A stretch of 58,951 bases of DNA, from the NCBI GenBank assembly GCA_028817905.1, contig JAPPOR010000007.1, forward strand, positions 3,502-62,452, in the 5' to 3' direction. Origin of the DNA: Myxococcales bacterium. Its GTDB lineage: Bacteria; Myxococcota_A; Polyangia; Polyangiales; JAFGIB01. Of this stretch, positions 51,001 through 58,894 are shown in pieces; the first letter of the stretch is position 1, and each line of letters opens with the position of its first letter. Under the pieces are notes generated by a model, which was not told the DNA's origin, made no database searches, and saw only the letters and a list, made by a program, of their open reading frames with translations. A program made the position numbers and the translations under genes.

Positions 51001-52354
51001 GCGGGACGCGAACGACCTCAACTTTGGTGTGATCAATGCGACCTTGTCGGAAGGTGACATCCCGGTGTCGCAGTGGTCGACAACGGGCCCCTGGGCGATT
51101 CCCCCGACGGAGGTGCGCACACACACGCCGGTCATCGGCCCCGTAACAGAAGCGAGCGCCACCATCAGTCAGCTGCTGCGCATTCCCGACGCCGGCATCG
51201 TTCCGGACCTCTATCATGCCGCCGTCAACGATGGGTGCACCTTCGGCGGCAAGGTCAACTCATGCGTAAGTGTCTCGCATCAGTTTCCACCGCAGACCTT
51301 CACCTGCGACCCCAACGCGGACCAGTGCCCGACAGGGCTCGCGTGCAGGCCCATCGGCGCAGACCACTTTTGCGCGTGGGTGCCCCGCACGCTGTTTTCT
51401 GGGCCCGCGACCTTGCCGCCAAACAGCACGTCGTGCACGACCGACGCCGATTGCCCATCCGTCCAGATGTGCCTGCCGGACGGCAGCGGCGGAACCGCGT
51501 GCCATTGGCCGCCACAAAGCCGTTGGAAGTTCATCGTGGCCCACGAGGCAGGTCACCAAATTCAAGAGCGGGCGATGGGCCTGCTGGGCGGCACCTACAC
51601 CTTCTCTTGTCCTCCAGGCGCGACGTGCCCTGGCAAGCGTGAGGCGTCGGGTCCGCCTTCACCGACCGACCCATTGGTCGACCCACCGTTCATCGATCCC
51701 CTTTGTGGATGCCAACACGTGGAGGCGGCCAATGCCCAGCATTGTCTGCAGTCGGTGGAACGGGCGCCGCGAGCCCACATGGAGGGGTACGCACAGTTCT
51801 ACGCATCCAAGACGTGGAACCACACAGGAGACACGGATTGCTCCTTCGTCTACTACAAGGAGTTCCTGTTCCCGGGCATCACGACCTGTCCGGCCGGTCA
51901 AGATTGCACAACGTTCACAACGACGGAGCACGGCGACCTGCTGTCCATATTGCCGCCGGTGAGCGTGAGCTGTCGACAGCCCTGGACCAGCAGCGGCGGC
52001 GTGACCGGTTGGCGGAACAACTTCTGCCCCGTGTCGGAGGTTGCCGACTTCGCTACCGAGCTCGACATGATGGGTTTCCTGTGGAACATCAACACAGCGG
52101 ACGGCAACGCGGGCTCTTCCATGGCCGAGATCTTTGAGGTCTATCGGCGTGCCTGCCATCCGGAGCAGGACCCGCCCACCGATCGATGCCAGAGTGCCGA
52201 CGTCGGTTGGGAGCCCATGTATAATGACACGAGTGCTCTGGTTCGCCCGGGATTCCGAGAAGGGGCAGAGCTAACCCACGGCACAGCGTCCGAAGAATAT
52301 GAAGAGATCCTGCTGCAAGGACGTATCTTTGGCATCACTCCTGAGCTGCCCTAG
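48038..52354 (+). CDS. Large exported multidomain protein: C-type lectin + 8-blade PQQ-like beta-propeller + Cys-rich HExxH metallopeptidase-like region
   Basis: Signal/lipobox-like CAGC; CTLD motifs (WMGATD..EGEW.W, EPSN, WRD..C); 8 x SSPAIGxDGTIYVGS repeats; AHEAGH with downstream EGYAQF. Confidence 0.85.
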   Translation: MEARVVCHSAVLAPISLRRGSPLGLLLSSLWFCAGCDLPAVQQEQPTHVGLAAAALSDPPAPGCVVATRDGREYWFCVDESDWNEARGKCLVQGMDLVRVDNQDEEDFLRMNLVSAAWMGATDLSVEGEWLWIDNGDQFWSGGGFGSAVGGLYENWTFLEPSNLGGQDCATMSDSPLDGWRDRDCGDNFAYVCEGALAADDEGLACTDTAGPAAAPWPAFGRCLTQQAVSPVVGAQEPSPVSTFTTGDEVISSPAVGADGTVYVGSEDGFLYAVNPDGTQQWAFDAGDAVRSSPAIGSDGTIYVGSDDGRVFAVTPTGDELWNFRTWFNVRSGPRVAPDGTIYVGSDNGRLYALSPTGDKLWHLQTPSPVRSSVAIGLDGTIYAGSDGWIAYAINPDGSPRWTFQALGPISATPALGPDGTVYIVSFDGHLHALNPGNGTLRWRYLLGAPSVSSPALGPDGIIILGDSLGRVRGIAPDGQLAWETSLGAAVLSSPAIGADGTVYIGASDGRLYALDGTTGLERWSVQTGDEIISSPAIGANGTIYVGSLDHNLYSIGGGPKPLLQCVSQVGANRYAALFGYDNRLPIELDIPVGADNQLSPTPTPAVSPIETFEPGVVDTAFWVPFDAGTTMTWTLRGRSVTADQDSEPCTTEAYPEPPTDPILDEAMGMPEDPSSVAPSRPKLASYYTDAQRQPPTMDTSASTMHGGGGTQSTSNGVGVVTQALSSVTLPFKLTLTSIIAQQDGGLASLDVDARVFINGVELPNRHLFTCGSATVGCILGPMELDEEFTLAVPIDQPTVPVRIEIIERDNASADDIEVTVDLVVDNTDGTWTGTVASPTDCHTSGSDWTICWDVMQTGIPSGLSSPRVCGVWPADYVDEGFGEDTVGTPSPGGDHDEYPAAFAEFILEVQGPTGNVHVGAFYENGVLQSGTPAFLDSEGCIPAGVIPVEALLFVDGAAPGDLANGGLEMSLVYRTTFERSDGVRFSLRDANDLNFGVINATLSEGDIPVSQWSTTGPWAIPPTEVRTHTPVIGPVTEASATISQLLRIPDAGIVPDLYHAAVNDGCTFGGKVNSCVSVSHQFPPQTFTCDPNADQCPTGLACRPIGADHFCAWVPRTLFSGPATLPPNSTSCTTDADCPSVQMCLPDGSGGTACHWPPQSRWKFIVAHEAGHQIQERAMGLLGGTYTFSCPPGATCPGKREASGPPSPTDPLVDPPFIDPLCGCQHVEAANAQHCLQSVERAPRAHMEGYAQFYASKTWNHTGDTDCSFVYYKEFLFPGITTCPAGQDCTTFTTTEHGDLLSILPPVSVSCRQPWTSSGGVTGWRNNFCPVSEVADFATELDMMGFLWNINTADGNAGSSMAEIFEVYRRACHPEQDPPTDRCQSADVGWEPMYNDTSALVRPGFREGAELTHGTASEEYEEILLQGRIFGITPELP
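48773..49708 (+). repeat. Eight ~40-aa beta-propeller blade repeats (coding)
   Basis: Repeated SSPA(I/V/L)GxDGT(I/V)Y(V/I)GSxDGxLYA..W units. Confidence 0.9.
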
Positions 52355-52361
52355 AAGACGG

Positions 52362-53525
52362 TTGCAACGTGCGGCCACGATTGTGGCCGCTGCGTCGCTG
52401 GCGTGCGCGTGCGACAACGCGTCGTCGCCGGCGGACTTCGTATCGGACGCACGACACCAGAGGGATCGCCTGGCCCGGAATGGCCAGGACACGGAACCTT
52501 CCTCGGATGACGACGCCACCGTCCCAACGCAGGTCGGGGACGTGCCGGCCGAGACGCAAGACCGCACGCTTTCGCCATCCGCGCCAGTGGCCGCACCCTT
52601 CGACGATTCCGCATGCCCGGCGGCGTCCGTGCAGGCCGCGTGCACTGACGGTTGGTGCAAGGTACCCGCCGGTTGTTTCGTCATGGGCTCGCCGGAAGAC
52701 GAGCCGGGACATGCGCGCGTCCAGGAGGCTCGCCAGGTAGTTTCGCTTACCCGCCCATTCTTGCTTCAACAGACGGAAGTGACCCGCGAAGCGTGGCTCA
52801 GTGCCGGCCTGCCCGATCCCACGACCCAGGCCGAGGATGGCACGGGCAATTGCCGGGACAGCCCAAGATGCCCGGTCGGCAATGTGACGTGGTTTGACGC
52901 GCTGGCATACGCAAACCTGATGTCCGCGAGACACGAACCGCCGCTCGATGAGTGCTACCAGCTGGAGGGCTGCACCGGCGTGCTGGGAAAAGGCCTCACT
53001 TGCGAGAAGGCGTCGTCGACCTCGGACACCGTGTACCAGTGTGACGGCTTTCGCCTGCCCACAGACGCCGAATGGGAGTACGCGGCGCGGGCAGGCACGC
53101 GGACGGCGTTCCATTCCGGGACCATGGCGCCGGTAGCATCCCTGTCGACATGTGTCCGGGATGCGAACCTCACCAAGATCGCCTGGTACTGCGACAACGC
53201 CGAAGGTCGCACCCATCCGGTCGCAAGCCTGGAACCCAATGGCTTTGGGCTACACGACATGTCCGGCAACGTCGTGGAGTGGATCAATGATTGGGATACC
53301 GGCCGCCCCGCATACAGTGCGACGGACCCCGGAGGCCGAGTCGCTGCCACCGACGGCTTCCTGCGCAAGGCGCGCGTGCTGCGAGGGGGCAGCTACCGTC
53401 AGTGGGCCGTACTGTGTCGCTCAGCTTGGCACTACGTGGCGAGCTGGGACCAGCGAGCGCCAGGTTTTGGCCTGCGCCTCGCACGAAGCTTGCCCGCCGA
53501 CCAGGGCTTGCAGCAGGACCAATAA
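52362..53525 (+). CDS. FGE-sulfatase (SUMF1) fold lipoprotein
   Basis: FVMGS, TEVT, PVGNVTWFDA, RLPTDAEWEYAAR, NGFGLHDMSGNVVEW, RVLRGGS, GLRLAR; LACAC lipobox; start uncertain. Confidence 0.9.
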   Translation: MQRAATIVAAASLACACDNASSPADFVSDARHQRDRLARNGQDTEPSSDDDATVPTQVGDVPAETQDRTLSPSAPVAAPFDDSACPAASVQAACTDGWCKVPAGCFVMGSPEDEPGHARVQEARQVVSLTRPFLLQQTEVTREAWLSAGLPDPTTQAEDGTGNCRDSPRCPVGNVTWFDALAYANLMSARHEPPLDECYQLEGCTGVLGKGLTCEKASSTSDTVYQCDGFRLPTDAEWEYAARAGTRTAFHSGTMAPVASLSTCVRDANLTKIAWYCDNAEGRTHPVASLEPNGFGLHDMSGNVVEWINDWDTGRPAYSATDPGGRVAATDGFLRKARVLRGGSYRQWAVLCRSAWHYVASWDQRAPGFGLRLARSLPADQGLQQDQ

Positions 53526-53698
53526 AGCGTAGGCGCTCCACGCGCCCAGTGCTCTCCCGATCAGCGCACTAAAACACATAGTTTTCAACAACTTAGTGCA
53601 TATCCGCCGCACCGCCACAAGCGCGTGTGGCAGCCACAGTGGGCCGCAGCAAGGCGGGATCGGTGAAGGTTTTGGTCGCGCACGCCGATAGCAGGAGG

Positions 53699-55435
53699 AT
53701 GGCGGCCCAGGGGCTCGACGACAAGCTGTTCGGCTCAGCGGCGGTCGAGCTGCGACTGCTGACGAGCACGCAACTGGGCGAGTGCTATGTGCTGCAGCGT
53801 GACCAGCCGCTGGCCCAGGTGTGCGCCGAGCATGGCTATCTCACCCGTGACCAGGTCGAGCAGGTGTTGCGCTATCAGCGCGAGCTGCAGCGTCGGCTAC
53901 AGGGCGAGGCGCACCTATTCGGTCGTGTCGCCATGTCTCTCAAACTGCTCACCATGGAACAACTGCGCGACTGCCTGGTGCGGCAACAGTCGTCGGGGTT
54001 CAAGCAACGCCTGGGCGAAATCACCATCGAGCGGGGTCTGCTGACGCCCGAACAGGTCGCCCAGATCCTGCAACGACAGAAAGCGGTGAGTGCGTCTTTC
54101 GAGGCCGAGATTCCCCGGTTCGGCAAGTTCGCGCTGGAGATGGGTCTCCTAACGCAAGACCAACTAGAGGAGTGCGTGCGCCTGCAGCAGGAAGAAGGCG
54201 CGGTTCGCCGCCTTGGCGAGATCTGTGTCGCCAAGAGCTACATGACATCGGCCGACGTCAAGGCGGTCCTCGAGCGGCAGACCGCAGCCAAGCGCGACAC
54301 CGATGCCCAACCCGGCGGGCACGCGACCGTCACCGGCGCACCATCCGATGCCAGCAGCCCCCCCGCTCTGGACGGCTACCTGCGCTTCATGGTCAACAAG
54401 GGGGCCAGCGATCTTCACCTGAGTACCAATTCGCTCCCCTGCATCAGGGTGGACGGGCAGATGGTGCGCTTCGGCCGCGACCCTCTGGGCGCCGCGGACA
54501 TGCGCGAACTCCTGATGGCAGTCGTCGACCCCAAGACGCTCAAGCAGTTCGAGGACACGCGCGACGCCGACTTCGCCTATGCCATCGAGGGGTTCGCCCG
54601 CTTTCGTGCAAACTACTTCATCGACCGCAACGGCCTGGGGGCAGTCTTTCGACATATCCCACAGACGGTTCTGACCGCGCAGCAAATCGGACTTCCTTCG
54701 AAGATCACCGAGCTGTGTTGGCTACAGAAGGGCCTCGTGCTGGTCACCGGGCCGACTGGAAGCGGCAAGTCCACGACGTTGGCCGCGATGATCGACTTCA
54801 TCAATGAGCATCGCAGCGACCACATCATCACGATCGAGGACCCGATCGAGTTCGTCCACAAGAACAAGGCATGTTTGGTCAACCAGCGCGAGGTCGGAAG
54901 TCATACGCAATCCTTCCAGCAAGCCCTGCGCGCCGCGCTACGGGAGGACCCCGACGTGATCCTGGTGGGCGAGCTTCGCGACCTCGAGACTGTCGCGATC
55001 GCCATCGAGACGGCTGAGACGGGGCACCTGGTCTTCGGCACACTCCACACCACCAGCGCAGCCACCACGATCGATCGCATCGTCGACCAATTCCCCGCAG
55101 GACAACAGTCCCAGATCCGCACTATGCTGGCGGCGTCCCTGCGCGGGGTGGTGGCGCAAATGCTGTGCAAGAAGAAGGGCGGCGGCCGTACGCCGGCGTT
55201 CGAATTCCTCCTGTCCACGCCGGCGGTTGCGAACATCATCCGCGAGTCGAAGACCGAACAACTCACCAACGTGATGCAAACCGGACGGCGGCTCGGCATG
55301 CAGACCATGAACGACCATCTGTTCGGGCTGGTTCAGCAGGGAATTGTGGAACCCAAAGACGCCTATCTAGCTTCCAATGACAAGCGAGGGCTCAAGCAGC
55401 GGTTCTCCGAGGCCCGTATCCCGCTGCCAGCCTGA
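53699..55435 (+). CDS. pilT: Type IV pilus retraction ATPase PilT with N-terminal MshEN-like repeats
   Basis: ASDLHL, GPTGSGKST, TIEDPIE, LREDPDVILVGE, GHLVFGTLH, AVANIIRE, GMQTM; ~200-aa N-terminal RLG/FG..GLLT.EQ repeats. Confidence 0.9.
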   Translation: MAAQGLDDKLFGSAAVELRLLTSTQLGECYVLQRDQPLAQVCAEHGYLTRDQVEQVLRYQRELQRRLQGEAHLFGRVAMSLKLLTMEQLRDCLVRQQSSGFKQRLGEITIERGLLTPEQVAQILQRQKAVSASFEAEIPRFGKFALEMGLLTQDQLEECVRLQQEEGAVRRLGEICVAKSYMTSADVKAVLERQTAAKRDTDAQPGGHATVTGAPSDASSPPALDGYLRFMVNKGASDLHLSTNSLPCIRVDGQMVRFGRDPLGAADMRELLMAVVDPKTLKQFEDTRDADFAYAIEGFARFRANYFIDRNGLGAVFRHIPQTVLTAQQIGLPSKITELCWLQKGLVLVTGPTGSGKSTTLAAMIDFINEHRSDHIITIEDPIEFVHKNKACLVNQREVGSHTQSFQQALRAALREDPDVILVGELRDLETVAIAIETAETGHLVFGTLHTTSAATTIDRIVDQFPAGQQSQIRTMLAASLRGVVAQMLCKKKGGGRTPAFEFLLSTPAVANIIRESKTEQLTNVMQTGRRLGMQTMNDHLFGLVQQGIVEPKDAYLASNDKRGLKQRFSEARIPLPA

Positions 55436-55926
55436 CCGCCACGGGATCGACGCGACGCCGTTACCTGCCGTGCTCCGGGCGGTGAGGGGGGGCTGGATTT
55501 GCCTCACGCAGACCCGTCGCGAGGTCTTCATTGGTGGGCTGGGACGGAACCCCATGAAGCGCCGAGCCGCGGCGTGAAGGGGGGGGCGGGTCGTGCGCCA
55601 CAAAGATGTGACGGCCGAGACGGCCGAACCCGGCGCCCGACCCGTGCGCTGGAGCTCGCCCTCCCCCTCCTCGCCACCCGAACAGCCGACGACATCCTTC
55701 GCTTTCCGCTACGAGCCGTAGCCCGCGACCGCTCCCGTCTCCGAACGGCAATCAGAATCGGAGATCGGGCTCCGGCCCACCACGTCGACCCGCCGGCCCC
55801 GAGATACCGGCGCTGTTTTTCCGCCATTTTGCACGGCCGCGGGGCCAGAAACGGGCCTCGTTTTGTCCCTGTGTTGAGTCGCCGCTTGCCGCGCAAGGGA
55901 AACTCAGGTCAACTGTGGCCCGTACC

Positions 55927-56361
55927 ATGGCGAGCGTCATCGAACGGGTGATCCTGCTACAGGCGGTGGACGTGTTCGAGGGAGTCTCGACCGAACAGCT
56001 CGCGCATATCGCGGCGATCGCACACGAGGTCAGCCATCCAGCCGGGACGACGCTCTTCCTTGTCGACGACCCCTCCGACGCCATGTTCGTGGTCGTTGAG
56101 GGCGAAGTGAAGCTCTCCCGCGGTCAGCAGGTCGTGACGGTCGCCGGGGCCGGCGAGGCCTTCGGGACCTGGTCGCTGTTCGACGACGAGCCGCGGGTGG
56201 TGGACGCCGAAGCCGCTACCAACGTCACGCTCCTGCGCCTGGACCGCGCGGACTTCATCGATCTGCTAGCGGACAACGTGGAGATCACCCAGGGCATCCT
56301 GAAGGGCATTGTTCAGCGTCTTCGGGGAGTTGCGGGCCGGCTGGTTTCGGACGGCAGTTGA
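55927..56361 (+). CDS. Stand-alone cyclic-nucleotide-binding domain protein
   Basis: IERVILLQAVDVF..EQLAHIA, GEAFG..LFDDEPR. Confidence 0.88.
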   Translation: MASVIERVILLQAVDVFEGVSTEQLAHIAAIAHEVSHPAGTTLFLVDDPSDAMFVVVEGEVKLSRGQQVVTVAGAGEAFGTWSLFDDEPRVVDAEAATNVTLLRLDRADFIDLLADNVEITQGILKGIVQRLRGVAGRLVSDGS

Positions 56362-56417
56362 CGGGGAGGCCCTCGCGCCCTAACTTCCGAGCTCCGAAAT
56401 GCTGGAGTAGATAGCCC

Positions 56418-56900
56418 GTGTCAGAGCCCGCCGAAGAAGGCACCGTGCTCATCGTCGATGATGAGGAAATGGTGCTCACATCCCTGTCGTCGTTCTTGAC
56501 GCTGGAAACGTCCTACGACGTCGTGGTCTTCACCCGCGCCGCGGAGGCCATCGAGCACATCAAAGCGAACGAGGTCGATCTGGTCATCTCGGACTTTCTG
56601 ATGCCGGAAATGGATGGCCTGGCATTCCTGCGCAAAGTACGGGACCTGCGCCCGGATGTGCCCCGGGTCATCCTGACAGGCTACGCGGACAAGGAAAACG
56701 CGATCAAAGCCATCAACGAAGTGGGCCTCTACCAGTATATCGAAAAGCCCTGGAACAACGATGACCTGCGGCTGGTGATCCGCAATGGCATCGACAAGAG
56801 GCGGCTGGTCCGGCGGCTCAGCGAAAAGGTGGACCAGATCAACGAGGCCTACTCGGAACTGCAGACGATTCAGCAGGACATTCTCAAGGCCTTCGTGTAG
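56418..56900 (+). CDS. Response regulator (REC + short coiled coil)
   Basis: LIVDDE, SDFLMP, LTGYAD..AIKAINE..YIEKPW. Confidence 0.92.
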   Translation: MSEPAEEGTVLIVDDEEMVLTSLSSFLTLETSYDVVVFTRAAEAIEHIKANEVDLVISDFLMPEMDGLAFLRKVRDLRPDVPRVILTGYADKENAIKAINEVGLYQYIEKPWNNDDLRLVIRNGIDKRRLVRRLSEKVDQINEAYSELQTIQQDILKAFV

Positions 56901-57025
56901 GGCGTGCCAGGCGCCCGTTTGCTCGCGGTCCAGCCGCTCGAAAATCAAGGCGAATGGGCCGGGTCGGCTTCCCCCGTCCGGTCGACCGGGTTGCGTTCGC
57001 ACCGGGAGGACTTACCTTGACCCCG

Positions 57026-57925
57026 ATGCGATGGTCCTATCGAGTCGGTGAGTGGTTTGGCATTGGAGTACACGTCCATTTGACCTTTGCGCTTCTGCTG
57101 GGCTGGGTCGCCGTCGGTACGCTGGCAGATACGGGTTCGCTCCCAGCTACGCTGATCAGCGTGCTCCTTGTCATGGCGTTGTTTGGCTTCGTGCTGTTGC
57201 ACGAGTTTGGGCACGCCCTTACCGCGCGCCGCTTCGGCATCCGGACGCGCAACATCACCCTGTATCCGATCGGCGGCGTCGCAGCGTTGGAGGGCATGCC
57301 CGAGAGCCCGCGTGCCCAGGCGCTGGTCGCAATCGCCGGCCCGATGGTGAACTTCGCGCTCGCCCTCGGCTTGGCTGGCCTGGCATGGCTGTTGGGCCAA
57401 AACCCCTTTGCCTCACCCACGACAGCCGCGCCGCTCGAGACCCTACTGGGACTGATGGTACAGGCCAACCTGGTGCTGGGGCTCTTCAATCTGCTGCCAG
57501 CGCTTCCGATGGACGGGGGACGCGTGCTCAAGGCCCTCCTTTCCACACGCATGGACGCCCGGCGCGCCACGGCGATTGCGGCCCGTGTCGCCCGAGTAGT
57601 GGCGCTGGCAATGGGGGTCTACGGCCTACTCGGCACGCCGACCCGTCCGATGCTGATCGTGATAGCGGCCTTCGTTTGGTTTGCCTCCGCCGCCGAAGCG
57701 CGATTTGCACGCGCCCAAGCGCAGCGTACGCGCACGAGCCCCATCAATGCCTGGCCGACCGACCGCTACCGGACCCCGCGCCCGCGAGAGACTCACTTCC
57801 ATGGCGGGCCACCCGACCGTGGCCCCCGGCCTTCCGGTAGCGGACCATCCGAACAGATGCGCTTCGTAGTCGTCCACGGCCCGTTCGGGCCAGTCCTGCG
57901 CGTCGTGCCCGTCGACCCCCGCTAG
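57026..57925 (+). CDS. Site-2 protease (M50 family)
   Basis: HEFGH, AIAGP.VN, FNLLPALPMDGG; start may be the TTG at 57017 after GGAGGA. Confidence 0.93.
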   Translation: MRWSYRVGEWFGIGVHVHLTFALLLGWVAVGTLADTGSLPATLISVLLVMALFGFVLLHEFGHALTARRFGIRTRNITLYPIGGVAALEGMPESPRAQALVAIAGPMVNFALALGLAGLAWLLGQNPFASPTTAAPLETLLGLMVQANLVLGLFNLLPALPMDGGRVLKALLSTRMDARRATAIAARVARVVALAMGVYGLLGTPTRPMLIVIAAFVWFASAAEARFARAQAQRTRTSPINAWPTDRYRTPRPRETHFHGGPPDRGPRPSGSGPSEQMRFVVVHGPFGPVLRVVPVDPR

Positions 57926-57994
57926 CGCGCATCCATCACCAAATCGCGCGCCCTCGCACAAGTGATCATCACGTGCCTTGATGATGGATGCGGG
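57926..57994. mobile_element. 69-bp MITE-like element, family 2
   Basis: CGCGCATCCATCACCAA and TTGATGATGGATGCGGG are 15/17 inverse-complementary; flanked by CTAG (the stop codon) and CTGG. Confidence 0.65.
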
Positions 57995-57998
57995 CTGG

Positions 57999-58070
57999 CC
58001 CGGATCATTCACGACCTCGGCGACCGAATACTCGCCGTATTCGGCGAGCGAGGACAAAGCCCTGTCAAAG
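57999..58070. repeat. Family 1-related element, copy C (left end and AAAGCCCTGTCAA core)
   Basis: CCCGGATCATTCACGACCTC matches the ends of copies A and B; AAAGCCCTGTCAA at 58056-58068 is shared with copy A. Confidence 0.55.
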
Positions 58071-58151
58071 TCGAAGACCAAGCGTGGGTTGGCGGAATAG
58101 CCGCGCTGGCGTCCCCTCTCGTACGGCACTCGGTCCGTCGTTGGAGGCCCT

Positions 58152-58877
58152 ATGGCCCAACCGAGCAAACCCGCGGAAGCCATGCGGAGACTTCGGGGGA
58201 TTCTCGAGGAAATTCCGCTATTTGCAGGTCTAGAAGACGAAGAAGCGCTGCGCATCGGAGCAGCCGCCCGGCAGCGGACGTTCCAACGCGACGAAGTCGT
58301 CGTCGATTGCGGTGAGGCGCCCCAGGCGGTCTACGCGATCGCCTCTGGCCGCTTGAAAGTGGTCCGGCCCCGCATCCAAGGCCCAGACGCGGGCCTCGCG
58401 ATTCTGAGGGCGGGAGAGTTATTCGGTGAGGTCGCCATCCTGAGCCGCACCCAGGAAGGCCGTCTCGCACGCGTGATTGCACTGCGCGAATCCGTCCTGT
58501 TGGCGATCGACGCCGCGACCTTCGTCGGCTTGCTGCAAAGCTCACAGACCCTATCCCTAAGGCTCCTGGCCATGCTGGCAGGTCGCCTGCGGGACACGAC
58601 GGTACATTTTGACGACGTAACCTCGCTCGATGTGCCCGGTCGCCTGGCCCGCAAGCTACTCTTGCTGGCCGACAGGTTCGGCTCCCCAGTACAGGACGGC
58701 GTGGGGCTACAAGTTCGCCTCACACAGCGCGAACTGGGTGAACTGGTCGACGCGACCTGGCGCGACGTCAGCGCCTGCCTGACCCAGTGGCGGCTCGAGG
58801 GGGCCCTGCGCCTGCGAGACGGGCAACTCGTTATCGTCGACCTGGATGCGCTCAGGTGCTACGCCGACACAGCCTGA
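58152..58877 (+). CDS. Crp/Fnr family transcriptional regulator
   Basis: cNMP domain (GELFGEVAIL..R), DVPGRLARKLL, LTQRELGELV HTH. Confidence 0.92.
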   Translation: MAQPSKPAEAMRRLRGILEEIPLFAGLEDEEALRIGAAARQRTFQRDEVVVDCGEAPQAVYAIASGRLKVVRPRIQGPDAGLAILRAGELFGEVAILSRTQEGRLARVIALRESVLLAIDAATFVGLLQSSQTLSLRLLAMLAGRLRDTTVHFDDVTSLDVPGRLARKLLLLADRFGSPVQDGVGLQVRLTQRELGELVDATWRDVSACLTQWRLEGALRLRDGQLVIVDLDALRCYADTA

Positions 58878-58894
58878 AGACGAGTACCGCCTAG

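Noticed and set aside
52362-53525. Diversity-generating retroelement target (FGE/CLec fold with a C-terminal variable region)
   Set aside because: No reverse transcriptase and no second, adenine-variant copy of the 3' end seen in the window; a remote DGR cannot be excluded
53583-53596. IHF-like site (TTTCAACAACTTA) upstream of pilT
   Set aside because: One mismatch to WATCAANNNNTTR and no supporting promoter; too weak to call
55461-55751. Small minus-strand ORF starting MPFGDGSG (DUF5320-like opening)
   Set aside because: Similarity limited to a few residues, non-ATG start and no supporting motif; the 55436-55926 gap remains unexplained
45887-55926. Prophage or integrative element
   Set aside because: No integrase, phage genes, att repeats or clear compositional shift; kept only as a possible inserted block
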